NCBI GenBank assembly: GCA_029960955.1
Contig: JASBVS010000005.1
Coordinates: 53,200-117,199, forward strand
Length of the DNA stretch: 64,000 nucleotides
Direction of reading: 5' to 3'
DNA from: Bacillota bacterium
GTDB taxonomy: Bacteria; Bacillota; Sulfobacillia; JAIMAT01
Shown: one piece after another, positions 1-8,389 of the stretch
Layout of the letters: each line of letters begins with the position of its first letter
Position numbering within the stretch: position 1 is the first letter of the stretch
Translations under genes and position numbers: made by a program
Notes under the pieces: generated by a model
Seen by the model: the letters and a program-made list of their open reading frames with translations, nothing else
Database searches by the model: none
Told to the model about the DNA's origin: nothing

Positions 1-1583
1 CGCGCGTCGTCGGCGAGCTGCCCCTCGTGGACGCCCTGGTGGTGACGCTCCCCCGCCGAAGCCTGGGCGCGCTGGCCGCGCATCCCGCGGTCCTCCGCCT
101 CCACCTCGACCGGACGGTCCACGCGCTCCTCGACGTGGCCGTCCCCACCGTCGACGCCCCGGCCGCCTGGTCGTCGGGCTGGACGGGCAAGGGCGTGACC
201 ATCGCCATCCTCGACACCGGCGTCTACCCGCATGCCGACCTGACCCGCCCGGAGAACCGCATCGTCGCCTTCCACGACCTGGTCAACGGGCGAAGCGAAC
301 CCTACGACGACAACGGCCACGGCACCCACGTGGCCGGCTGCGCGCTGGGCAACGGCCACTCCAGCCAGGGCCGCTACAAAGGAAGCGCCCCCGAGGCGCG
401 GCTGGCCGCGGTCAAGGTGCTGGACGCGCAAGGCAGCGGCGCCATCTCCACCATCATCGCGGGCGTCCAGTGGTGCCTCCAGGAGCGGCAAAGCCTCGGC
501 ATCCGCCTCCTCTCCCTCTCGCTCGGCGGTCCCGGCTGGGTCCCCTACCAGATCGACCCGCTCTGCCAGGCGCTGGAGAAGGCCTGGCAGGCCGGGCTGG
601 TCGTCTGCGTGGCGGCGGGCAACGACGGGCCGGCGCCCTTCACCATCAGCTCGCCCGGCATCGACCCGCTCCTCGTCACCGTCGGCGCGACCGACGACAA
701 GCGCACGCCGGCCAAGGGCGACGACAGCGTGGCGCCCTTCTCCAGCCGGGGGCCGACGCTGGAACTGGCGCGAAAGCCCGACTTGGTGGCGCCGGGCGTC
801 GGGATCGTCTCCCTCCGCGCGCCCGGCTCGACGCTGGACCAGGCGCATCCCGACTTCCGGGTGGGCGACGACTATTTCCGGCTCTCCGGCACCTCCATGG
901 CGACGCCGATCTGCGCCGGCGCCGCGGCGCTCCTGCTCCAGAGCCGGCCGGAGGCGACCCCGGACCAGGTGAAGCGGGCGCTCCTGGACGGCGCCGACGA
1001 TCTCTTCCACCAGCCGGAGGCGGCCGGGGCCGGCTACGTCGACGCGGCCAAGGCGCTCGCCTCCCTGGCCCCGTCGCTGGCGGCGCCGCCCGCCCGGACC
1101 GCCGGCCCGGCCGTGGTACCCGGCGAAGCGGCCCGGCGCGAGCTGCTCCGGCTGGTCGAGGAAGCCGAGCACAGCCTCGACCTCCTGCTCCCGGCGATCG
1201 GGGACCTCGATCTCGTGGAGGCGCTGGCCGTCGCTCTCCGCCGCGGGCTCCGCCTCCGCCTGCTCCTGGAGCCGGGCCGGCCGGCCAACGCCGAGAGCGC
1301 CCGTTTCCTCGGCCGGCGGGGCGGCCAGGTGCGGAGCCTGCCGGGGTTGCCGGAAGGGGTGTTGGCGGTGGCCGACGGCCGCCGTCTCCTGCTCTGGAAC
1401 GGGCGACCGTCGGGCGGACCGGTCGCGGGTGAGGGCAGGGCGGAGCTCGCCGGCGTGGCGCTGCGGGTCGACGACCCCGAGGCGGCCGCCCAGGCGAGCC
1501 AGCTGCTGGAGCAGGCCTGGGAGACGGCCGGCGAGGCCGCCTTCGCCGCGCAGGCCGCGCGAGGTCTGCCCGCGGCCGGATGA
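1..1583 (+). CDS. Subtilisin-like (S8) serine peptidase, 5'-truncated by the window edge, with a non-catalytic C-terminal extension
   Basis: The frame is open from nt 3. Catalytic motifs are ILDTGV (Asp), HGTHVAG (His) and GTSMATP (Ser). The first ~40 residues look like the end of an I9-type propeptide, so the true start is upstream of the window. Confidence 0.9.
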   Translation, partial: RVVGELPLVDALVVTLPRRSLGALAAHPAVLRLHLDRTVHALLDVAVPTVDAPAAWSSGWTGKGVTIAILDTGVYPHADLTRPENRIVAFHDLVNGRSEPYDDNGHGTHVAGCALGNGHSSQGRYKGSAPEARLAAVKVLDAQGSGAISTIIAGVQWCLQERQSLGIRLLSLSLGGPGWVPYQIDPLCQALEKAWQAGLVVCVAAGNDGPAPFTISSPGIDPLLVTVGATDDKRTPAKGDDSVAPFSSRGPTLELARKPDLVAPGVGIVSLRAPGSTLDQAHPDFRVGDDYFRLSGTSMATPICAGAAALLLQSRPEATPDQVKRALLDGADDLFHQPEAAGAGYVDAAKALASLAPSLAAPPARTAGPAVVPGEAARRELLRLVEEAEHSLDLLLPAIGDLDLVEALAVALRRGLRLRLLLEPGRPANAESARFLGRRGGQVRSLPGLPEGVLAVADGRRLLLWNGRPSGGPVAGEGRAELAGVALRVDDPEAAAQASQLLEQAWETAGEAAFAAQAARGLPAAG

Positions 1584-1598
1584 GAGCGCCGTGAGAAT

Positions 1599-1632
1599 GG
1601 CCCGGCGGCGGCCGTGAGCCGCCCGCCGGGCC
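1599..1632. terminator. GC-rich hairpin between convergent genes (S8 peptidase / acs)
   Basis: GGCCCGGCGG (1599-1608) pairs perfectly with CCGCCGGGCC (1623-1632). It sits between the two stop codons. There is no U-tract. Confidence 0.45.
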
Positions 1633-1680
1633 GTCCGCCCCGACCACCCCTCCCCCCGGTGAAAGGGCGACGCCGGGGGC

Positions 1681-3684
1681 TCAGGCAGGATTCTCCGTCT
1701 CCTCGTACTGCGCCTTCAACTGCTCGACGACGGACGCGTCGGCCAGCGTGGTGGTGTCGCCCAGCGCCCGCCCCTCGGCGATGTCGCGCAGGAGCCGGCG
1801 CATGATCTTGCCCGAACGCGTCTTGGGCAGCTCGGCCGTGAAGAAGATCTCGGCCGGGCGGGCGAGCGCCCCGATCACCCTGACCACGTGCTGCTTCAGC
1901 TCGTCGACCTTGGCCGGGCTGACCTCCACGCCCTCCTTCAGCGTGACGAAGGCGGAGATCGCCTGCCCCTTGACCGGATCGTTCCGCCCGATGACCGCCG
2001 CCTCGGCCACGTCGGGATGGTCGACCAGCGCGCTCTCCACCTCATAGGTGCCGATGCGGTGGCCGGAGACGTTGACTACGTCGTCGACCCGGCCCAGGAG
2101 CCAGAAGTAGCCGTCCTCGTCGTACTTGGCGCCGTCGCCGGTGAAGTAGAGCCCCGGGAAGCGGCTCCAGTAGACCTGCCTGTACCGCTCCGGATCCCCG
2201 TAGAGGCCCCGCAGCATGCCGGGCCAGGGGTGGGTGAGACAGAGGTAGCCGCCCTGTCCCCGGGCCACCGGCTCGCCGCGGTCGTTGACGATCACCGCCC
2301 GGATGCCCGGGAAGGGGCGGCTGGCGGAGCCGGGCTTCAGCCGGGTGATCCCCGGCAGCGGCGTGATCAGGATGGCGCCGGTCTCCGTCTGCCACCAGGT
2401 GTCCACGACGGGGCAGCGCTCGCCGCCGATGTACTTGTAGTACCAGACCCAGGCCTCGGGGTTGATGGGCTCGCCGACGCTGCCCAGGACCCGGAGGCTG
2501 GAGAGGTCGTGGCGTGCCGGCCACTCCGTCCCCCAGCGCATGAAGGTGCGGATGGAGGTGGGCGCCGTGTACAGGATGTTCACCCCGTACTTCTCCACGA
2601 TCTGCCACCAGCGGTCGCGGGCGGGGAAGTCGGGGGCGCCCTCGTAGATCACCGTGGTGGCGCCGTTGGCCAGCGGCCCGTAGACGATGTAGCTGTGGCC
2701 GGTCACCCAGCCGATGTCCGCCGCGCACCAGTAAACGTCCTCTTCGTGCAGGTCGAAGACGTACTTGTGCGTGGTGGCCACCTGGGTCAGGTAACCGCCG
2801 GTGGTGTGGAGGATCCCCTTGGGCTTCCCGGTGGTGCCGCTGGAGTAGAGGATATAGAGGGGATCCTCCGACTCCATGGGCTCCGGCTCGCAGTGGGGCT
2901 CGGCCTGGGCGAGGAGTTCGTCCCAGCGGATGTCGCGCCCCTCCACCCAGGAAGCCCCGGTGGAGGCCGCCTTCTCCGGGCCGACCCGCTCCACCACCAC
3001 CACGTGCTCGATGGAGGGCGTCTCCCGCACCGCCTCGTCGGCGTTGGCCTTGAGCGGCACCAGGTTGCCGCGTCGCCAGCCGGCGTCCTGGGTGATCAGC
3101 ACCTTCGCCTGGGAGTCCAGGATCCGATCGCGCAGCGCCTGGGCGCTGAACCCGCCGAAGACCACGCTGTGGACGGCGCCGATGCGGGTGCAGGCGAGCA
3201 TGGCCACCGGCAGCTCCGGCACCATGCCCATGTAGATGGCGACGCGGTCGCCCTTGCGCACGCCCAGCGCCTTCAGGCCGCTGGCGGCGCGCTCCACCTG
3301 GCGGAGGAGCTGGTCGTAGGTGATCACCTGGGTGTCGCCCGGCTCGCCCTCCCAGAGGATGGCCGCCTTGTTCCGCCGGCCGCTCCGGACGTGGCGGTCG
3401 AGACAGTTGTAGCTGACGTTCAGCCTGCCGCCGACGAACCAGCGGGCGAAGGGCGGCTCCCACTCCAGCACCTTCTCCCAGGGCCGGAACCAGGTGAGCT
3501 GCTCGCGGGCCATGCGCGCCCAGAAGCCCTCCGGATCCCGCTCCGCTTCCTCGTAGATGGCGGGGTCGCTCCACAGCGCCCGCGCCTTGAACTCGGCCGA
3601 AGGCTCGAAGGTCCGATCCTCCCGCAGGAGGGCGTCCAGACCCTCCGGCAGCTGCGGCCTCTCGGGTACGGCCATCTCGCGCAC
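1681..3684 (-). CDS. acs: Acetyl-CoA synthetase (AMP-forming)
   Basis: 667 aa. N-terminus [11 protein letters not shown]...[13 protein letters not shown]...[18 protein letters not shown] is typical of Acs, and the AMP-binding motif [11 protein letters not shown] is present. Confidence 0.97.
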   Translation of the reverse strand: MREMAVPERPQLPEGLDALLREDRTFEPSAEFKARALWSDPAIYEEAERDPEGFWARMAREQLTWFRPWEKVLEWEPPFARWFVGGRLNVSYNCLDRHVRSGRRNKAAILWEGEPGDTQVITYDQLLRQVERAASGLKALGVRKGDRVAIYMGMVPELPVAMLACTRIGAVHSVVFGGFSAQALRDRILDSQAKVLITQDAGWRRGNLVPLKANADEAVRETPSIEHVVVVERVGPEKAASTGASWVEGRDIRWDELLAQAEPHCEPEPMESEDPLYILYSSGTTGKPKGILHTTGGYLTQVATTHKYVFDLHEEDVYWCAADIGWVTGHSYIVYGPLANGATTVIYEGAPDFPARDRWWQIVEKYGVNILYTAPTSIRTFMRWGTEWPARHDLSSLRVLGSVGEPINPEAWVWYYKYIGGERCPVVDTWWQTETGAILITPLPGITRLKPGSASRPFPGIRAVIVNDRGEPVARGQGGYLCLTHPWPGMLRGLYGDPERYRQVYWSRFPGLYFTGDGAKYDEDGYFWLLGRVDDVVNVSGHRIGTYEVESALVDHPDVAEAAVIGRNDPVKGQAISAFVTLKEGVEVSPAKVDELKQHVVRVIGALARPAEIFFTAELPKTRSGKIMRRLLRDIAEGRALGDTTTLADASVVEQLKAQYEETENPA

Positions 3685-3829
3685 CTCCCTCTGGCTGCGA
3701 CGAAGCGCTGCGCCGGGCTTCCTCCCTCCCCCGGCGCAGGACGCAACCCTGTTTCAGCCCGGTTCGCCGTCCCGCGCGCCTCTCCTGCGGGGCGGGCGCC
3801 GGGCTGTCGTCGCTCGCCCGCCGCGCCTC

Positions 3830-3850
3830 GTCAAAGGTCAAAGGTCGAAA
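3830..3850. repeat. Three tandem heptamers GTCAAAG-GTCAAAG-GTCGAAA in the acs upstream region
   Basis: Read directly: gtcaaag gtcaaag gtcgaaa. Located about 150 nt upstream of the acs start (minus strand reads CTTTGAC CTTTGAC). Confidence 0.6.
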
Positions 3851-4005
3851 TGGCGGCCACCAGCGCCCGACCACACCGAAGGCGGCAGAGGGCAGGAAGA
3901 GAAGAGCCGGGAGGAGGAGCGCGAAGAACATGGCGCTGCCGCGCACCGAGGCCACGGCGTGCATCTCCGCAGGCCGCAACCCACGAGCGAGAACCGGTCC
4001 GCAAT

Positions 4006-4032
4006 TTGACTTAGTCAAGTGACTTAGTCTAC
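4006..4032 (+). promoter_or_regulatory. Putative promoter/operator of the toxin-antitoxin operon (duplicated GACTTAGTC)
   Basis: TTGACTTAGTCAAGTGACTTAGTCTAC. The 9-mer GACTTAGTC occurs at 4008-4016 and 4021-4029, the first inside the near-palindrome TTGACTTAGTCAA. This is a locally AT-rich island 25-50 nt upstream of the antitoxin start, and TTGACT is -35-like. Confidence 0.5.
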
Positions 4033-4057
4033 TCTGGGGGCTACGGAGGTGCAGGCC

Positions 4058-4291
4058 TTGGCGACTACGGTCAACGTACACGAGGCGAAGACGCAACTCT
4101 CCCGCCTGCTGGTCCGGGTCAGCCGGGGAGAGGAGATCATCATCGCCAAGAGCGGCAAGCCGATCGCCAAGCTGATCCCCCTGGACGCGGCGAAGCCCCG
4201 CCTTCCCGGGAGTGCCCGGGGACGGCTGAAGCTGGGCGAGGACTTCGACATGCCGCTGCCGGAAGACCTTCTCGAAACGTTCGAACGTTGA
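4058..4291 (+). CDS. Type II antitoxin, Phd/YefM family
   Basis: ATTVNVHEAKTQLSRLLVRVSRGEEIIIAKSGKPIAKLIPLD is a classic Phd/YefM N-terminus. I chose TTG at 4058 (GGAGG 8 nt upstream); the longest ORF starts at GTG 4049. There is a 3-nt gap to the PIN toxin gene. Confidence 0.85.
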   Translation: MATTVNVHEAKTQLSRLLVRVSRGEEIIIAKSGKPIAKLIPLDAAKPRLPGSARGRLKLGEDFDMPLPEDLLETFER

Positions 4292-4294
4292 ACC

Positions 4295-4690
4295 ATGAGG
4301 GTCCTGCTGGACACGCACGCCTTTCTCTGGTGGATCTTGGACGATCCCAGGCTTCCGGCGAGCGCGCGAGAGATCATCGCCGATCCGTCCAACACGGTGC
4401 TTTTCAGCGCGGCCAGTGCCTGGGAGATCGCGATCAAGGCGCACCTCGGCAGGCTCACGCTCTCGCCGGCTGAAGAAGACCTGGAACGGTTTGTCGCCCA
4501 ACAGGTGGAGGCGAACCGCTTCCAGGTCCTCCCCGTCCAGCTCAACCATGCCCTGCGCGTGCACTCGCTGCCCCTCTACCACCGGGACCCGTTCGACCGC
4601 CTGCTCGTGGCCCAGGCTGAGGTGGAGGCCTTGCCGATCCTGACGCGGGATCCCGAGATCCGCCGGTACGGCGTCGAGGCCCTGTGGTGA
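4295..4690 (+). CDS. vapC: PIN-domain ribonuclease toxin (VapC family)
   Basis: MRVLLDTHAFLWW...SAASAWEIAIK...HRDPFDRLLVAQA carries the conserved acidic residues of PIN domains. It lies immediately downstream of the antitoxin. Confidence 0.88.
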   Translation: MRVLLDTHAFLWWILDDPRLPASAREIIADPSNTVLFSAASAWEIAIKAHLGRLTLSPAEEDLERFVAQQVEANRFQVLPVQLNHALRVHSLPLYHRDPFDRLLVAQAEVEALPILTRDPEIRRYGVEALW

Positions 4691-4798
4691 GCCGGCAGCT
4701 GCGGCCGGGGCGGCGGGACCGGATTGCCGGCACCATCGGGCCCTTCCGCAAGAATGCCGCGAAGCCGCCCAGGACGCCGCTTTCAGCTCCTCGCAGAG

Positions 4799-5593
4799 TC
4801 ATCCAGCCCCCGGAATCCGGAACATCCCCTTCCCCAGCCACTGGCCCCCGTCGACGGTCAGCACCTCGCCCGTGATCCAGCTCGCCTCCTCGGAGAGGAG
4901 GAAGCGCGCCGCGCGGGCGACGTCCTCCGGCGTGCCCAGCCGCCCCAGCGGCACCTGCGCCTCCAGCGCCCGGACGTCCGCCTCCCCGGGGAAGAGGTGC
5001 GAGGCCGCCCCCTCCGTCGGTACCGGCCCGGGCGCGATGGCGTTGACGCGGATGCCGTACCGCGCCCACTCCACGGCCAGCGTCCGCGTCATGGCCACCA
5101 CCCCGGCCTTGGCGGCGGCCGAGTGGACGGTGCCGGGGCCGCCGGTCCAGGCGTAGCTGGCGACGATGTTGAGGATGGCGCCGCTGCTTCCCCGAGCGAT
5201 CGCCTGCCGTCCGAACGCCCGCGAGCAGTAGAAGCTCCCGTCGAGGACGATGCCGACCACCGCGTCCCAGCCGCGGGGCGAGAGCTCCTCCGCGCGGACG
5301 ACGAAGTTGCCGGCGGCGTTGTTGACCAGGAAGTCCAGCCGTCCCAGCCGTTCCACCGCCTCCGCCACCACCCGCTCCACCGCCTCGGCGTCGCGGACGT
5401 CCAGCGCCATGGGCAGCACCCGGCCGCCCGTGGCCCGGGAGAGCTCCTCGGCCGCCCGCTCCAGCCGCTCCCGGTTGCGGCTGGCGATGACGACGCGGGC
5501 GCCTTCCTCCAGCAGCATGCGGCTCATGGCGTAGCCGAGGCCGGTGCCGCCTCCGGTCACCAGCGCCGCCTTGCCTTCGAAACGCCCGGCCAC
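4799..5593 (-). CDS. SDR-family oxidoreductase, 2,4-dienoyl-CoA reductase-like
   Basis: FEGKAALVTGGGTGLGYAM (TGxxxGxG), NNAAGNF, SAAKAG (YxxxK region) and IRVNAIAPGPVPTEGA. The pattern matches the DECR/FadH-like SDR subgroup. Confidence 0.85.
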   Translation of the reverse strand: MAGRFEGKAALVTGGGTGLGYAMSRMLLEEGARVVIASRNRERLERAAEELSRATGGRVLPMALDVRDAEAVERVVAEAVERLGRLDFLVNNAAGNFVVRAEELSPRGWDAVVGIVLDGSFYCSRAFGRQAIARGSSGAILNIVASYAWTGGPGTVHSAAAKAGVVAMTRTLAVEWARYGIRVNAIAPGPVPTEGAASHLFPGEADVRALEAQVPLGRLGTPEDVARAARFLLSEEASWITGEVLTVDGGQWLGKGMFRIPGAG

Positions 5594-5606
5594 GCTTCCG
5601 CCCCCT

Positions 5607-6314
5607 TCACGCCCCGCCCTCTGCGCGAGAGAAGCAGAGGGTGTACCGGAACCAGCCGCCCAGCCGCCCCAGCGCCACCAGCCCGGCCTCCCGCCCCAGA
5701 CGTTCCACGCAGCCAGGGGTCAGAAAGTCCGGATCGGCCGCGTGCTCGGTGACGCAGAGCCGACCGCCCGGCCGGAGGACGCGCCCCGCCTCGGCCAGCG
5801 CGCGCCGCCGGTCGGGCACCTCGCCCAGCACCGTCACCATCACGACCCGGTCGAAGCTCGCGTCCGGGAAGGGGAGGCGCTGCGCGTCGCCCTGCACCAG
5901 CTCCACGTTGCGCAGCCCCGCTTCCTCCAGCCGCCAGCGGATGCGCTCGAAGTGGTCCGGCTGGACGTCGAGGCCGACCAGGTGGCCGCCCGGCTCCACG
6001 GCCCTGGCCAGCGACGGCGTCAGGAAGCCCGTCCCCACCCCCACCTCGAGGACGTCCAGGCCGGGCGCCAGCTCCAGCGCCGGCAGCACGTGCTGCGGCC
6101 CCAGGGTGAGCGCCCGCAGCCGGCTCTCCAGGAAGAAGGGCTGGATGCGCGCCGGCATCGGCCCGGGGCGGAGCCGCGAGCGGACCCGCTGGGCGAGGTC
6201 GACCACCGCCAGGCCGAGCAGTATCCATGCGACCGCCCGCCAGAGCGGGCTCCCCGCCTCGCCCTCCGGCCGGCCCGTCGCGGCCGCGTCCGGCAGGCTC
6301 CCCTTCTCGGCCAT
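5607..6314 (-). CDS. Class I SAM-dependent methyltransferase with an N-terminal TM segment
   Basis: LDVLEVGVGTGFLT (motif I), LVGLDVQ, and FDRVVMVTVLGEVPD...LRPGGRL. I chose ATG at 6314; the longest ORF starts at GTG 6350. Confidence 0.8.
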   Translation of the reverse strand: MAEKGSLPDAAATGRPEGEAGSPLWRAVAWILLGLAVVDLAQRVRSRLRPGPMPARIQPFFLESRLRALTLGPQHVLPALELAPGLDVLEVGVGTGFLTPSLARAVEPGGHLVGLDVQPDHFERIRWRLEEAGLRNVELVQGDAQRLPFPDASFDRVVMVTVLGEVPDRRRALAEAGRVLRPGGRLCVTEHAADPDFLTPGCVERLGREAGLVALGRLGGWFRYTLCFSRAEGGA

Positions 6315-6445
6315 CTCCCACACCCCCCGTGCGGGCGTCGGCGCCCGCACCCCGAAGGACCGTTTCCGCCGTCGCCACGCCCTCTCCTCCCGTGCTCGCC
6401 ACCGCCGGCGAACCGCCGGCGCGGCCGCCGCCCGGCTCTGCTACC

Positions 6446-7651
6446 ATGCCCGCGGAGGTGGAGCGCTCCGTGCGCGTCCTCGTCGCCCCCTGCTCCTTCA
6501 AGGGCAGCCTGAGCGCCGTCCAGGCGGCCGACGCCATGGCCGAAGGCTGGTTGCGCGCCCGCCCCCAGGACGAGGTGCTCCGGCTTCCCGTGGCCGACGG
6601 CGGCGAGGGCACGCTGGAGGTCCTGCTCCGGGGCCGTGGCGGCGAGCTCCGCCGGGCGCGCGTCTCCGGGCCGCTGGGCGAGCCGGTGGAGGCGGAATGG
6701 GGCCTCCTCCCCGACGGCACGGCGGTCGTCGAGCTGGCCCAGGCGGCCGGCCTGGCGCTCCTCCCGCCGGTGCGCCGCGACCCGCGTCGCGCCACGACCC
6801 GCGGCGTGGGCGAGCTGATCCTGGCCGCTCTCGACGCGGGCGCCCGCACGCTCCTCGTCACGCTGGGAGGAAGCGCCACCAACGACGGCGGCGCCGGCCT
6901 GCTCCAGGCGCTGGGCGCGCGCCTCTTCGACGCGGCGGGCAGACCGTTGGATGGCGGCGGGGCCGCCCTCGCCCGGTTGGAGCGGCTCGACCTCTCCGCC
7001 CTCGACCCCCGCCTCGCCCGCGTCGAAGTGGCCGTCGCCTGCGACGTCACCAACCCGCTGCTGGGTCCGAGCGGGGCGAGCGCGGTCTACGGGCCCCAGA
7101 AGGGGGCGGGCCCCCGGGAGGTGGCCGAGCTGGAGCACGCCCTCGCGCGCTGGGCGGAGCGGGTGGAGGCCGCGCTGCCGCCGCCTCCCGCCGGCCGCTG
7201 GCGCGACGTCCCCGGCGCGGGCGCCGCGGGCGGGGCCGGCTTCGCGCTGCTGGCCGTGCTTCGGGCGCGCTTCGAGCAGGGCGCCCGCCTCGTGCTGGAC
7301 CGGCTCGCCTTCGACGAGCACCTGCGCGGCGTCCACCTGGTCCTGACCGGCGAGGGGCGCCTCGACCGGCAGACCGCCTTCGGCAAGGCTCCGGCCGAGG
7401 TGGCGCGGCGCGCCTCGGCCTGCGGGGTGCCGGTGATCGGTCTGGCCGGCGGCCTCGAGCGGGGGGCGGAGCGGCTTCTCGAGCCCGGCGGAGCCGGCTT
7501 CGCGGCCTTCCTGCCCGCCGTCGACGGGCCGCTCTCGCTCGAGCAGGCGATGGCCGAGGCGGACGAGCTCCTGCGCTCGGCCGCCGAGCGTGCGGCGCGG
7601 CTGGTCCGGGTCGGCTTCCTCCTGGCCTCCCGGGGCGGGGAGGCGCAGTAG
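6446..7651 (+). CDS. glxK: Glycerate kinase
   Basis: VLVAPCSFKGSLSA, PVADGGEGT, GGSATNDGGAGLLQALG and the C-terminal GEGRLDRQTAFGKAP are glycerate kinase family signatures. The Pro/Ala-rich N-terminal extension of the longest ORF (from 6227) was rejected. Confidence 0.92.
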   Translation: MPAEVERSVRVLVAPCSFKGSLSAVQAADAMAEGWLRARPQDEVLRLPVADGGEGTLEVLLRGRGGELRRARVSGPLGEPVEAEWGLLPDGTAVVELAQAAGLALLPPVRRDPRRATTRGVGELILAALDAGARTLLVTLGGSATNDGGAGLLQALGARLFDAAGRPLDGGGAALARLERLDLSALDPRLARVEVAVACDVTNPLLGPSGASAVYGPQKGAGPREVAELEHALARWAERVEAALPPPPAGRWRDVPGAGAAGGAGFALLAVLRARFEQGARLVLDRLAFDEHLRGVHLVLTGEGRLDRQTAFGKAPAEVARRASACGVPVIGLAGGLERGAERLLEPGGAGFAAFLPAVDGPLSLEQAMAEADELLRSAAERAARLVRVGFLLASRGGEAQ

Positions 7652-7662
7652 CCCGCAGACGA

Positions 7663-7690
7663 GGGCGGCGCCCCGCCGGGGGCGCCGCCC
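7663..7690. terminator. Perfect 12-bp GC hairpin between convergent glxK and cotF-like genes
   Basis: GGGCGGCGCCCC-gccg-GGGGCGCCGCCC, located 12 nt after the glxK stop. Confidence 0.6.
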
Positions 7691-7711
7691 GGGCGAAGGG
7701 CGGATCCGCGC

Positions 7712-8290
7712 TCAGAAGCCGGGGACGCCGGCCATCGCCGGGTAGGCTTGCGCGGCCGGCCGCATCATCTCGCCCTGGACCGCGGGCACCTGGTACCAGT
7801 TGCGCGCGTGCAGGTACTGGAAGAGCTCGTAGGCCATGTCCGCGTGGTCCTTGCACATCCCCAGGAAGGCCTGGCGGACCTGCGGCGTGGCCGACTCCAA
7901 CCCCGCCTGGAGCGTCTCGGCAGCGTGCCACTTGCAGCGCTCCAAGTGGTCGACGGCGACGGTCCGGTCCGAGGCGCGGTGGTCGCGGAAGTCGCCGGAC
8001 TGGAAGGGCTGGTAGCCGGCCTGCGGATTCCAGCCCTGCTGGCCGAAGCCGCCGCCGTACTGGCCGGTGTAGTTGAAGTCGGGCACCGCGCCCGGAACCT
8101 GGCCGTTCTGGGCGAGGAAGCTGCGCATGGTGTTGTAGTGCTGCTGGTCGGCCCGCAGGTGACGCTCCAGGATGCTGCGCAGCTGCGGATCCTGGACCGC
8201 GTTGGCGTCGACCAGCAGCCTGTCGACGGCGGCGGCGTGACCGTTGAGGAGCTCGTTGAGCCAGAACGCTTCCTTCTGCGTGATGGGCAT
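7712..8290 (-). CDS. Spore coat protein, CotF-like (Coat_F domain)
   Basis: ITQKEAFWLNELLNGH...DPQLRSILERHLRADQQHYNTMRSFL, and a second half ending ...ELFQYLHARNWYQVP. Both resemble the two helical halves of CotF-family coat proteins. Confidence 0.7.
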   Translation of the reverse strand: MPITQKEAFWLNELLNGHAAAVDRLLVDANAVQDPQLRSILERHLRADQQHYNTMRSFLAQNGQVPGAVPDFNYTGQYGGGFGQQGWNPQAGYQPFQSGDFRDHRASDRTVAVDHLERCKWHAAETLQAGLESATPQVRQAFLGMCKDHADMAYELFQYLHARNWYQVPAVQGEMMRPAAQAYPAMAGVPGF

Positions 8291-8389
8291 GCCACAACCC
8301 CTTCCCCAGCAAAGTGCGGATCGGCCCCCGGCGAGCCGTCCGGGAATCCGGTCCTAGGCATGCCCGCCGGGGTCGCCTCCCATTCGCGC

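Noticed and set aside
3700-3935. Small hydrophobic ORF upstream of acs on the minus strand (MFFALLLPALLFLPSAAFGVVGRWW...).
   Set aside because: That frame has no stop codon before running into and through the acs coding region (it is part of the 846-aa shadow ORF 2042..4582). It therefore cannot be a discrete small gene as it stands.
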